Source: the human T2T-CHM13v2.0 reference genome, Homo sapiens. From it: a stretch of 64,000 nt of DNA. The notes under the pieces were generated by a model. That model had not been told where the DNA came from and searched no databases. It was given only the letters and a program-made list of their open reading frames with translations. Below are positions 28,382 through 41,003 of this stretch, piece after piece. The DNA is taken from NCBI RefSeq assembly GCF_009914755.1, contig NC_060935.1. One strand, 5' to 3'. Position numbers and translations under genes: made by a program. Each line of letters opens with the position of its first letter. Position 1 is the stretch's first letter.

Positions 28382-29776
28382 TTAGATGTCAACACTTGGT
28401 CAGCAATACTTCTTGAGGGCTCATTTTGTAAAAAGCTTTCTATAGGGAGCGGTGGTGAGAAGACAGAGAAATAAGGATGATCTCTGTGAAAGGCAACTGA
28501 TCCATTCTCCCAAAACAGTGGATTGAACATGCACATTAACCTGATGTGAGCTGAATATGCATGAACTTGGGAGAGAAGATATAGGAGCCTTCCTTAGGCG
28601 TTTACCTGGTTCAGGAGACAGGATTTAGTATTCCTGAGTTCAAACCTCAGTTTTGCCTCTTTCTGCAGTATAACCTGGAGTAAATTTCTCTACTTCTTTG
28701 AGACTCGATATTCTCATATGTATAAAAAGGAGATGATGATGGTAGCCTCATAGAAGTATTGTGAAGTGCATAGCATCATTTCTGATACAAGAATATGTTT
28801 AGTCAATTTTAGTTCTTAAATATATGAATATGCAGAGTAATTTTAGATGTCAGTATACTTAACCCCAGACAAACACATGCAATAGCCCTTAAACTTTTAG
28901 ATTGGGCACTTGTCAGTTTCCTATACCCCTTCCCTGCAATTGCCTCATGATTTTTTGATTATGTGGCAAATGCACAAAAGGAAACCACATGTAGCTGCCA
29001 TTTCACACCATTAAATACTCAGAAAGTCACCTTTGAGGAAAACCAGTACTTCTAAGAAAAAGCAAAGCCACGAAGTTCAAAAAAAGAAAGCTCTATGGTT
29101 GGCCACTTGCCCATCCTGAGGTCCCAAAAAGGTCCTGTGATTATTTGGTGAACTGACTAAATTGCTGTGAAATCAGATTCCCTGAAATGCCTCCAAATAG
29201 AAAGGTTGATGCGGTCAGAGGAAAGAGACCAGCTACAGTGGGTGGAGGATGGGTGGGGTGGAATGGAGTGCTCCCTGGGCCTGGGAAGTCCCGTAGGCAG
29301 GTTGCGGATAGAGCACCCAGGACCAGTTCTCCTGTGCATAGGGCAGGGTGAGTATCAGCCATCCAGTCTCCAAATGCCTGTAGTGACACTGAGCCTGAGG
29401 CCTGCCAGTCTCATCCTAGAAACTTCCTATCTCTTCCTGTGCTTCTACCATTGACTGAACTTTGGGTCAGAATACTCTTCAGTTTATAAAATAATTTTCC
29501 AGATGAGAGAATTTCTGTGACAACCAATCTGTTGAACATGCAAAATCTAAGTCCTTCATGACTTGTTAAAATTTAAAATTTGATAAACTCATTTAAAAAT
29601 GTTTAGTGTGTTTTCTTCTAGAAAGCCTTTTTCCCTCCCTCAATCCTGTAAAACAGTGTAATTGCTTTGGCAAGACAGTTATGTGGTGGAACTGGAAACC
29701 ATGGTGTGATGCAATGACATGAGTTCTAAGAGGGGCCAGTAGATTCTGAGGTGGTCACACCCCTAGAGTCTGTGAG

Positions 29777-30138
29777 TGTATTAGTTTGTTTTCATGGTGC
29801 TGATAAACACATACCTGAGACTGGGCAATTTACAAAAGAAAGAGGTTTAATGGACTTTCAGTTCCACGTGGCTGGGAAAGCCTCACGGTCATGGCAGAGG
29901 TCAAGGAGGAGCAAGTCACGTCTTACATGGATGGCAGCAGGCAAAAAGAGAGCTTGTGCAGGGAAACTCCTGTTTTTAAAACCATCAGATCTTGTGAGAC
30001 TTACTATCATGAGAACAGCACAGGAAAGACCCACTCCCATGATTCGATTGTCTCCCACTGGGTCCCTCCCACAACACATGGGGATTATGGGAGCTACAAG
30101 ATGAGATTTGGGTCGGGACACAGAGCCAAACTGTATCA
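29777..30138 (-). mobile_element. THE1-family MaLR solo LTR
   Basis: TG...CA termini; THE1 consensus-like; 5-bp TSD GTGAG at 29772-29776 and 30139-30143. Confidence 0.9.
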
Positions 30139-30620
30139 GTGAGTATCATAGGTTGTAACAGAGGCCTTTTTTATAGCTGGGTAGGGCTGGAATGCTGCTA
30201 AACAGTACAGATAATTAAAAAAATTAACTCTTCAATCTAATGGAAAAAAGCTTCCCAGTTGGAGTGTGGAGGGCACTATTTGCATGCTGTCCCTACCACT
30301 AGCTATGTGACCTATAATTTCTTTAAACTTGTTTCCTCATTTGAATAATGGTACTGGTCCAGTCTTATAGGTTGCTTTGTAAACTCTTAAAATGCTTCAC
30401 AAATATTTGGGTAGTTACCTGTATGTATGTTTACACTCCCATGATATTATTACATTGTAATTTTATTCTACATCTTTCAGCAAGCAGCTCTACTCTTAAA
30501 CTCTGGCACATCTAAGCCAATATATTTATAGAGGGGAAAATCCTGTGCTCCAGTGGCAAAAGTACTGATTTGAGGGCTAGAGAGCTCAAGTATTGTTTCT
30601 CCTATTTTCTTTCTTTTCCC

Positions 30621-30921
30621 TTTTTTTTTGTTTGTTTTTGAGACAGAGTCTCACTCCGTTGCTCAGGCGGGAAATGCAGTGGCATGATCATGGCTCACTG
30701 TGGCTTCAACCTCCCAGGCTCAAGGGATCCTCCGTTTTAGCCCCCTGAGTAGCTGGGACTACAGGGGCATGCCACGATGCCTGGCTGATTTTTGTATTTT
30801 TTGTAGCGACGGGGTTTTGCCATGTTACCCAGGCTGATCTTGAACTCCTGGGCTCAAGTAATCTGCCTGCCTCGGCCTCTCAAAGTGCTGGGATTACAGG
30901 TGTGAGCCATTGTGCCTGGCC
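30621..30921 (-). mobile_element. Alu (AluJ-like)
   Basis: Antisense dimer. Confidence 0.92.
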
Positions 30922-31527
30922 TCTCCTATTTTCTATTGAATATGAAGAGCTATAATCAGGTTTTGAAAAAGGTGAAGTGTCCACAGGAAAAGAGGGATGC
31001 TGGAAGCTGCATATGCATTGAGTTTTATTTTTGTTGCATCTCAGATGTTAGGATCCTACTGTATGACATTTTACAAGATTTCTGTTTGTCAATTGTTGCA
31101 ATGTTGATGTGCCCTTCACTTTGAGAGTGAAGCAGATAGACCCTACAGGTGCTGAGGTCTCTCCTTCCTGCCCTGCTCCCTGTACATAGGCTTCCACTGC
31201 AGCAGGGCTGTGGTACCAGTGGCATGGGCACCTATGAAGCGGGGAGCTGAGGCTGCAGTCAAAGCTCACACAGGAATGTCTGACAGTGGCGTTCTACCTG
31301 GGAATGAAGTGCTGCTGGAAATATTTTATGATACTCACAGCCTTGTACAATCAGGAGCCTTAGAAATATGCAGAAATGGGCTGTGGCTCGAGCTACTGGG
31401 TCCTGATCGTCTGAGGAAATCAGTTAGTACAAGAACATATGTGTCCTAGAGAAGCTTGGGCTGTCTCCTGAGACCTTCATTGCCTAGTATCTCTCTTTTT
31501 CTCTCCTTGTTTTCTTTATCTGTTTCT

Positions 31528-31840
<313 letters not shown>

Positions 31841-32327
31841 TATCTGTTTCTGTCTTTCTCTTCCTCTCATTCTGTGTTTTTCACTCTCTAGGTTTGTTCT
31901 TTTCCTTTCACTTCTTTCTTTCCTTCCTTCCTTTTTCCCCTCTCCTTCATCCTCACTCTTTTCTGTTCTCACTTTTTGGGCTTTAAGGCTCTGCCTGCTA
32001 AGGTCTGCTGATTCTCCCCCTCTGATCATTCTTCATGGTTTTTCTTAGCTCTTCTTGACTTTGGCCTGAATCCTTTCATCCAAAGTGGGTGAATGTATTA
32101 CTCTTAGGGAGCAACAAGTATGGATTTTTAACAACTGTTCTGTTGAGATTACTTTATCTGACCATGGAAAGGGTACTCACTGGGCAGCTGAGGACTTTAA
32201 GTCATTATCTTCTTCCACAAACCCAGAAGATGGGCAGCTTTCACCAGCAGCTCTGCCAAACGTTTATCTCAGCCATGGACCTGTACTTCCTCTTTGATGA
32301 TGAAGGTTATTGTCTTTCTGATTATAG

Positions 32328-32427
32328 ATTGAGGAAACTCGGCTTAACATTGACAAGATCTCAGAACATGTAGAGGAGGCTAAGAAACTCTACAGTATCA
32401 TTCTCTCTGCACCGATTCCAGAGCCAA
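32328..32427 (+). CDS. STX3: Syntaxin-3 exon 3 ([10 protein letters not shown]...SAPIPEP; Habc)
   Basis: TAG acceptor; GTGAGT donor; 100 nt; frame continuous with exons 2 and 4. Confidence 0.97.
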
Positions 32428-32930
32428 GTGAGTGTTTACTTAGAACTGAGTCATCCAACAATCACCCTTTCCTTGGAGCTGAGCCAGCCTTGTTTTCTTG
32501 CCCTTCGTGAGCAGTAGGGAAGTGTACAAGTTACAGGGCACTAGTGTACATATTATCTCATTTCCCTCCCCTTTACCTTACCTGAGCTCCTACTGCCTGG
32601 CCACAGTCAAGGTTTTGTCTTCATGGTCCCACTCCAACCATTTAGCTAGACTTTCCTGTTTCCCAGCTAGTCCCTCTTCCTGACTGGCGACGATTCCCAC
32701 TGCTGCTTACATACCCTGTGCCCTGTCCCTCCTCTGAGCCTCTGCGTGTACTATTTCCCCAGCCTGAACTGCTTTTCCTAGCCCTCTTTCTGAATCCTAC
32801 CAGATCAAGTCCATTTTTTCTTTCCATGAGGTGTTCCAAAATGGTTCGAGTTCACAGAAATTCCTTCTATCCCTAAACTCCTGTTTGTTACCACCACCTA
32901 GGCAAACGTTTTTTCTCCCCTAATTGTTTG

Positions 32931-33118
32931 CATGGGTGTCCAACCTTTTGGCTTCCCTGGGCCACATTGGAAGAAGAATTGTCTTGGGCCATACATAAAA
33001 TACACTAACACTAACGATAGCTGAAGCGCTGAAAGAAAGGTTTGTGCATAATTTTCCTGATATCTGCCACTACAGATAAGCAAAAAAATCCGTGCGTTCC
33101 ACGGTTTGGACACGGGTG
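32931..33118 (+). mobile_element. MER30-like hAT DNA transposon
   Basis: GGTGTCCAACCTTTTGGCTTCCCTGGGCCACATTGGAAGAAGAATTGTCTTGGGCC; TIR-like TTGGACAC at the far end. Confidence 0.8.
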
Positions 33119-34163
33119 GTTTAGGGCTATATTTTTGGTTCCTTAAGAACAGGGAACAAGCCTGACACTGTCATTCCACTCTTTCATTTTTCCCATGGGC
33201 CCTCTTACCTAAAGACTGAAGTGGGAACACTTTAGCAGAGCATATGGGCATTGTCTTGATCACATTCCTGCCTTCCCAGCCAGCCTGTCTCCTGCCATCC
33301 TCCTCCTGCTTCCCACGCTTCAGCCAGAGCAACTCTGTCTGGTTCCCCAGGCATTTCCTGTTCACTCATACCCTTTACTTACTGTTTCTTCTCGTGGGAT
33401 TCCTGCTTTTAGTCTCTTTCTCTACCTGGCCAACTCACAGTCCTTGAGACTCAGTCCTGCTCATCTCCATCTTTAGAGGCTTTTCCAGATCCCTCCAGGC
33501 TGTGCACACCTTGACCAGAACTCATACCTTACTCCACGCTGCATATTAGAGCTGCTGATTTATTTCTCCTTTGTCTCCCACTAGACTCTAACACCTTGCA
33601 GGAAAAATCTAGATCTTCTTTCTGATTCCATAGTTTCTAGCTCTGTTCCAAAGTTGTAGTAGGGGCTGAAGGATGGCTTTTGAATGAATGGTTATAGCTA
33701 ACACTTAGTTTGCTCCATACAACCTAGGATGTGTGTAGTAGGTATGTCATAAATATTTGCCTCATTTTAAGTTGATTAGCCTTGGTTGAAATCTATTTTC
33801 CCCATAAGCTCCCTAGAACCTTCTCAACCGAAGCTCCCGTGGTAGGCTCTTTCCTCTAAAAGCAGAGTTTCCACAATTTTATGTGCTGCAGGATTACTCA
33901 GGAGGGTTGAAAGAGCTGATTTTGTGGTTCCAACCCTGGGTATTTTTATTCTGTAGACTGAGATGGGGTGCCTGGAAAATGCCTTTAAAAAAATAAGCAC
34001 TCTGTGATTCTAATGACAGATGCTGGGGAGTGCGTAGGGATAAATACCATTCTGGGCAGTGGATGCCCGATAAAGCTCCCCTCCTCTGATGATGATTGCT
34101 GTAGTTCACAAAGGAATCAGTCCTCTCCTTTCTAACGGATTCTGCCTGCCTTTATTTACCCAG

Positions 34164-34238
34164 AAACCAAGGATGACCTAGAGCAGCTCACGACTGAGAT
34201 TAAGAAAAGGGCCAACAACGTCCGGAACAAACTGAAGA
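34164..34238 (+). CDS. STX3: Syntaxin-3 exon 4 ([25 protein letters not shown])
   Basis: CAG acceptor; GTAAGA donor; 75 nt. Confidence 0.97.
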
Positions 34239-34544
34239 GTAAGAAGGGAACAAAGAAAACAAGGCCGTCCCCACCACCATCTATCTCAGCTCCCCTAGGG
34301 TCCAGCTTTCCGAACTGAAACTCCTCTTGATGGAAGTGACACCACTTGGTCCATCTTTGCTTGTGGTTTGGGCTCTGTCCCCGCAATGATCCATTGTAGC
34401 CCCAGAAATTTACCTTTTCTTAAATCCTGACTGTACTGGAAAGAGTCCAGAATTGAAGCTAGGAGATGAGAATTAAAATGTGCTTTCAGCTGCTGAGTAG
34501 TTTTGTGACTTGGTCCTTTAACTTAGTCTTTCAACTTGTCTCTC

Positions 34545-35033
34545 TTTTTTTTTTTTTGAGACGGAGTCTCACTCTGTCCCCCAGGCTGGAGTGCAGTGGT
34601 GTGATCTCGGCTTATTGCAACCTCTACCTCCTGGGTTCAGGTGATTCTCCTGCCTCAGCCTCCTGAGTAACTGGGACGCACCTGGCCCATCAACTTTTCT
34701 CTTATTGGTCTTATTTCCCTGGCAACTACATACTTTTTTTTTTTTTTTTAAGACAGAATCTTGCTCTGTTGCCCAGGCCAGAAGGCAGTGGCTCAATTTT
34801 GGCTCACTGCAATCTCTGCTTCTTGGGTTCAAGTGATTCTCATCCCTCAGCCTCCCAAGTTGTTGGGATTACAGGCATGCACCACCACGCTCAGTCAATT
34901 TTTGTATTTTTAGTAGAGACGAGGTTTCGCCATGTTGGCCAGGCTGGTCTCGAACTTTTCTGGCCTCAAGTGATCCACCTGCCTGGGCCTCCCAAATCGC
35001 TGGGATTCCAAGTTTGAGCCACAATGCCCGGCC
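34545..35033 (-). mobile_element. Partial Alu (34545-34687) followed by a full Alu (34734-35033)
   Basis: Two poly(T)-led antisense Alu segments. Confidence 0.92.
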
Positions 35034-35809
35034 ACCTACATACATTTGAATAGTCATTTTAGAGATATATAAATGCAAGAGATATCATTCAGTCTACAGA
35101 TATTTCTTGGTGGGCTAGGCATACCACCTTCCCATACCCTCACTCCCCCCATTTGGGAGAGTATAGTTCAATGAAGCTACTGTCATAGATTCAGTTCTTC
35201 CAGAGCCTAGAAGGTTTACTTAGTTCTGTTGCTAGAGCCTGCATTCTTGCCCAGTGTATTTGGTGCATGCATGCTATTGATCAGAAGAGAAAGCATTATT
35301 GCTCAGCTCAATTTACCATTTCTTCCCCCCAAGTATATTGCAATAACTATTTTAACTGGAGGAGTCATTAGTAGCAGATTCCAGTAATAACAGTGATAGT
35401 GCACCTGCCATTGTGCTAGGCACTTTATGTGTCTTCTCATTTAATCTTCACATTAGTATTGTGAGGGAGGGACTGTTATTCTGTTTTACAGATGAGAGAA
35501 CAGGTACATTAAGAGGGGTTAAGTGGCTTTTTCAAAGTCACACCCAGTAAGTGCCAGGGCAAGGATTCAAGCCTAAGTCTCATGGTGACCAGAACCCATG
35601 CTGTTAACTGTTATGCCAAAACCTGGTCATCGTAAAGGCTGTGGAATGCACGTCCTGTGGCTCATCTGGGAGCTGACCTTTTGAGGTGACACCTACCTGT
35701 TACATCTCCGTGGGCTGGATGTGTGGGAATGAGTGAGGAAGTTTCACTGAATAGCATGTTTCTTGGAGGCGGAGATAGGTTGCAAGTATAACCTTCCTCT
35801 CCTCTTTAG

Positions 35810-35877
35810 GCATGGAGAAGCATATTGAAGAAGATGAGGTCAGGTCATCGGCAGACCTTCGGATTCGGAAATCCCAG
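35810..35877 (+). CDS. STX3: Syntaxin-3 exon 5 ([23 protein letters not shown])
   Basis: TAG acceptor; GTAAGA donor; 68 nt. Confidence 0.97.
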
Positions 35878-37397
35878 GTAAGACTTTTCCTGGTCTCATG
35901 ATTAGCTAGTCCAATCTCTTATTGTTTTCCCTTAACTGTGGAGGGATTTTTTTTTTTTAATACAATCCTTATTTTGAAACTCAATTTGAAGACCTGGTAA
36001 AGGAGAACTCTCCAGGTTGAAATAGGGGTCAGGGCCAGAGTCCAGCCCTTTTGGCTCCTCTCCTGTACTCTCCTTCTCTAAGGAGGCCCCTGAAGAGCTT
36101 TTCAGGCTTCCTAGAGCACAGCTTAGGATTTAGCGTGCCTTCTTGTTTTACAGGAGAGGAAATTAATGTCTTCTAACAATTGTTAGTCATTGGTTGTCCA
36201 GTTTGGAGCTAGGCACTTTAGGGGTCATCAAAGATAGGATCCTTGTCCTTAAAGAACTGGCATGCCATTGAAGCGGCATGGAAAGCTATTACCTAAGACC
36301 CAGCAGGAGGATGCGACCCAGCAGGAGGATGCGATAAGAAGACACATGCATGGTGCTCTCAGCATCAAAAGATCTCAGGAAGAATGGGGGGTAGCCAGAG
36401 GAGGCTGGGCCAGAGTGCCAACATGAGCAGCCTCAGGAAGTAGTTTCCCCTCTCTGAGAGGCACAGGGGCAGGAGTGAGGCACGCACATATGTGTGTGTT
36501 GGCAGCAGTGGTTGGTAGTGGTGGTGGGTAGACGTAAGGGGCAGACGTGAAGACAATAGGCTTTCTGTAGAAAAAAGTTTGCTGTGGGATAGTGGACACA
36601 TAATTTTTAGTAGATAATGTAGTGCCACATTCTAGAGGTCTTTGAGGACCAGTCTGGGGAATTTGGATCTGATGTTATAACTTACAGGCATTTGCTTCAG
36701 GCGGCAGTATATTAGGAGGATTATTATGGTAGCCATTTGAAAGCCGTTTACAAGTGGGAAAGAAGCAGGAAACTGGAAGGTCCCTAGTTAGGTTTTTGCA
36801 AGGGTTTTGGTCTAAATTTGTATGGTGGTAGTGGGTTTGGAAAAAGTATATATATTGGCGATTTTCCAAAGGAGAAACCAGTAAGTAGGGCTTGATGCTG
36901 AGAGGTGAGCAAGGAATAAAAATTATTAGGAAGGTTTTAGCTTAGGCATGCAGGGCTGTTGAGATAATGCATCTACTTATAAGCAAGAAGAGTTGGGGAG
37001 ATGAGTTTAGCGTAAGAACTCAAGGATCTTTGGTAAGTATGACATGTGGGAAGGGAATCTGACAGTTTTAGAATGCAAGCCAAGTGTTGTGCCAGAAAAA
37101 TGCTACTAGTCCATGTGGATGTAGGGCTCAGAGATTTAGAGATGACCTCTGGCCTCGCAATTACCACGTGAGGTCAGCAGTAAACCGGTTTCAGTAAACT
37201 GGTGCTGAAACCATGCTCTGGAAAGGGCAGTGGACTCTCCCAGTGGCACAAAGCTAGGAAACAAAAAACTTGGTTTGACACCTGGTTTTTTGATTCCAAG
37301 TCCAGTGCTATTGTAGATGGCTATGTGGGGGTGGGGAGGGGTTCTATAACAGTTACAGAACCACTGGGGCCTGACTGCATTTTACATCATCCCACAG

Positions 37398-37506
37398 CAC
37401 TCTGTCCTTTCTCGGAAGTTTGTGGAGGTGATGACCAAATACAATGAAGCTCAAGTGGACTTCCGAGAACGCAGCAAAGGGCGAATCCAGCGGCAGCTCG
37501 AAATTA
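37398..37506 (+). CDS. STX3: Syntaxin-3 exon 6 ([36 protein letters not shown])
   Basis: CAG acceptor; GTATGT donor; 109 nt. Confidence 0.97.
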
Positions 37507-38389
37507 GTATGTACTTGAGGTTTGGCGTGTGCCCTCCACCTTTCCTGCCACCTGGTTGTCCATCCCAAGTTTTGAGGCCCTGGTGGAGCAAGCAGGAAGC
37601 ACATTTTGTGCCTAAGTCTAGGGCAGCTCCTGCACCACTGGCACATCCCGAATGCTGTGCTGTAGGCTGAAAGGTGACACCGTGTTTATCAGGCCCAAGT
37701 AATTTTATTGTATGGGGTCCAGCATTGTCTCCTATATAGAGGGGAAATGCTTGCCAAACAGTTGCTCTCTTGTGGACTCATTGTATCATTTTGCTGTCTG
37801 TTTGACAGCAAAGCACATTTAAGAAATAAAAAGTGTGGTGTAAGTTGCTGGGAGGATAAAAGTATGGTGTAAGTTGCTGGGAGGATTAGAGAAATAAATA
37901 AAGCCATACCCTTTAGGAATGTAGTAATGTGGAAGGCAGGGCCCCGTGGAGTGGAAGGTGCTTTGGATGAGAGGAATGGTATGAACATAATCAAGAAAGA
38001 GCAAGTGTGTTTAGGAGTGGCAGGTTGTCTAGGGTCTGGAGAAAGGGTGTGTCTGGAGTAGCATAAGGTTAGGATGGATTGAGGGAGGGCTTGCCCATGA
38101 ACTAGCATGTTATGAGGGCCTTGGACACCATAGTGTAGTGAATGGGGCAAGGAAATGTTCTGAGCTGGGAAGCAATGTAATGAGATAAGTGCTTTAGGAA
38201 GGTAACTGCTGATAGTGTTAAGGATGGCTTGGATTAGGGCAGAAATAAGATGAGTCAGGAGGCAATTGGGGGAGTGTTGTAAAGGCCACGGTCTTTATAG
38301 GGAAGTCACGTTCCTAATTTTCAGGGTCCTTATCAGATGGTGTTTCACCGTGATCTTATATTTGACGCTCTACTTCTTTTGTTACAAAG

Positions 38390-38463
38390 CTGGCAAAAAG
38401 ACAACCGATGAGGAGCTGGAGGAGATGTTGGAGAGTGGCAACCCGGCCATCTTCACTTCTGGG
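38390..38463 (+). CDS. STX3: Syntaxin-3 exon 7 ([25 protein letters not shown]; linker)
   Basis: AAG acceptor; GTGAGT donor; 74 nt. Confidence 0.96.
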
Positions 38464-38670
38464 GTGAGTGCCCTGTGTGCTCGGATAGCACATCCCTCTC
38501 GTGAGCAGGGAGGCCACTGCGGAGCTCATGCAGTCCAGCAGGTGGAGGGGGAGCTGCAGGTGCAGGGAGTTCAGGGAGGCAAGGAGCTCCCCAGGAGCGT
38601 GCATGAGGGCTGTGGCAGGGGCAGCCTTTCTTGCAGGGGTAGCTAACAGTCTGTGTGTGGCCTGTTGTAG

Positions 38671-38805
38671 ATCATTGACTCACAGATTTCCAAGCAAGCC
38701 CTCAGTGAGATTGAGGGACGACACAAGGACATTGTGAGGCTGGAGAGCAGCATCAAGGAGCTTCACGACATGTTTATGGACATCGCCATGCTGGTGGAGA
38801 ATCAG
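38671..38805 (+). CDS. STX3: Syntaxin-3 exon 8 (N-terminal half of the Qa-SNARE motif, ...MLVENQ)
   Basis: TAG acceptor; GTAAGT donor; 135 nt; ends at the zero-layer Q. Confidence 0.97.
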
Positions 38806-39098
38806 GTAAGTGGCAGTGAGTCCCAGCGTGGGGAGGGAGGAGAGGAAAGCTCAGGGTCTACTGAGAACAGGGAGAAAGGGAATACTGGAAGCCAGTGAGG
38901 TAGGGTGGGAGAACCATTGGGAATTTGCATAAAGGAGAAACAGAATCCCATGGGAAAGTGTGCATTCAAATTGAATGTTGACACTTTGGGTGATCTTAAC
39001 CTTGTCATTCTTGCCTGTCCCTTTGGCCTTGCAGTCGTTGCTAGTTGATACAGGGTTTGATGTGTTCTGTCAAGTACCCAGTTTTCCTGGATTTTTGA

Positions 39099-39208
39099 TT
39101 TTTTTTTTTTTTTTAAGATGGAGTATTGCTCTGTTGCACAGGCTGGAGTGCAGTGGCGTGATCACAGCTCACTGCAGCTTGACCTCCCAGGATCAAGCAA
39201 TCCTCCCA
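39099..39208 (-). mobile_element. Alu fragment
   Basis: Poly(T) plus antisense right-arm 3' end. Confidence 0.85.
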
Positions 39209-40662
39209 GGATTTGTCTTTTTTTCTTTCTTAAAAATCAGAGATCCGGGCTCCTAATGGTGACGTTTTAAAACAGCCTCCTGATATGGACTAGTTCACTG
39301 ATGACATTGAAAATGTGATCTTTTCTCTAGTTCACAGGGAAGACTCAGGTTTAACATAAATTTTTATTTTTTTCCATTTTTTTTCTGTTTGTATTTTTTT
39401 TTAATTTTGGCACCTTTTGCTAAGGCACAGAGCAGACAACAACATGAATGAAGGAGTAGCAAAATAGCATTGACAGAAAGACTCGAAACACTCGTGGTGC
39501 TAGTTTGACAGCTTACTTTGTCCCAGGCATGCTTGCTCGGGATAGAATTCTGGATTGCCTGCATAGGGCGCTAGTTTCGCATAGTTAGATGGTTCCTAGT
39601 TCTTATGGGACAGTTAAGTGTGCCACAGGGTCATGGTGCTGTGCACTGTTGCCATGAACTTCCAGCTGCTCTGACACTTGGGATAGGAGAGAAAATTGCT
39701 TCCATAGTAGGCAGACTGCACAACCTAGTTGAAGCTCGAGCACAGCTTGACTAGTTTTTGACATTGGTTCCCTGCCGAGGGCCTGGATGCTTTCCCCCCA
39801 TTCCCTACTGGCCTCTGAGACCATTTCTCAAGTCCCTCCATCCCACCTCTTCTTTTCCCCCACACTGCCTTGCCGAGGAACTGGCTTGAGATTCAAGTGG
39901 TGGTAAGTGCCTTGTTCTGTTTACAGACTGCCATAAAGTGATAGAGTTGGGTTGGGTAGTTGAGGAGAATTCCTAAAATGCCTAAGATTAATTGGAATGA
40001 TCAAACTTCCCTGTCAGGAAGTGATTGCTAGGAAATGGTTGGGAAGCTTATCAAGAGACCACTGTCTGGAAGGGAAAATATAACCAAATAGCTTGGGTAA
40101 ACCCAATGTCTGTCAGTTAAAGGGCCTGGAAATAACTTAGAGAAAGCAAATGTTCCCCACCTCAGATAGTTATTGAGCACCTACTGTGTGCCAGGCACTC
40201 TTCTGCAGTTAGTGAATATACTCAATTCAGGCTGAATGATGTTGATTCAGGTCTGAATGACCAGGAAGAGGCCAGCATCCTAGTGATGTCCTAATAACAA
40301 TGAGATATCCTTATTTTGGTTCCTCTCCATGTGCTTAAGTGTAAAAAAAATAACAAAGGTTGTCTGGGGATATCTCAGAGTATATTTATAGGTAGTTACT
40401 AGGTATCTAGATAGTATGTTCTGGATGCCTGGTGGAGTGCTGGTCACAGAGAAGTAGTAAAATTCACTGAATGTTTCTTGAACAAGTGACTGCCACCCCA
40501 CCACCAAGGACTGTGAATGGGTGTCCTATGGAAGGCCATGCATCAAGGTTTGTGGATGCTCTTCTTGCCACTGAAGATTGTAAGAAAGAGAATCCCTTCC
40601 CCGCATTGGCTAGGACTGACCTGAGACATTTACTTGGTGTGATCAGAGTCTGTTCTTTGCAG

Positions 40663-40773
40663 GGTGAGATGTTAGATAACATAGAGTTGAATGTCATGCA
40701 CACAGTGGACCACGTGGAGAAGGCACGAGATGAAACGAAAAAAGCTGTGAAATACCAGAGTCAGGCCCGGAAG
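40663..40773 (+). CDS. STX3: Syntaxin-3 exon 9A ([37 protein letters not shown])
   Basis: CAG acceptor; GTGAGA donor; 111 nt. Confidence 0.97.
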
Positions 40774-40892
40774 GTGAGACTCTCCTGTGGCCTTCAGAGA
40801 AGAGAGTCCATTTTGTTTGCTGTGTCTCGCTCTTTCTCTTCCCTCTCCCTGTCTCTGTTTCTGCTGCCACCACCTCTTGCATCTGGGGAAAG

Positions 40893-41003
40893 GGATCCAT
40901 GATTGACCGTATTGAGAACAACATGGACCAGTCAGTGGGCTTTGTGGAGCGGGCCGTGGCAGATACCAAAAAGGCTGTCAAGTATCAGAGTGAAGCCCGG
41001 AGG
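40893..41003 (+). CDS. STX3: Syntaxin-3 alternative exon 9B ([37 protein letters not shown]; STX3B)
   Basis: Same length (111 nt) and phase as 9A; paralogous, STX1-like translation; AAG acceptor; GTGAGC donor. Confidence 0.93.

Noticed and set aside
32428-34163. Human equivalent of the rodent alternative exon 3C (syntaxin 3C/3D)
   Set aside because: No segment with convincing similarity and splice sites found by eye; needs alignment to the rodent gene
36298-37886. Short duplications (18-bp tandem at 36298-36333; 21-bp repeat at ~37837 and ~37866) as a CRISPR-like or regulatory array
   Set aside because: Only two copies each; ordinary slippage duplications in intronic DNA
38464-38670. 207-nt intron 7 (multiple of 3) as an in-frame retained intron
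   Set aside because: In-frame TAA at 38644-38646 terminates the read-through
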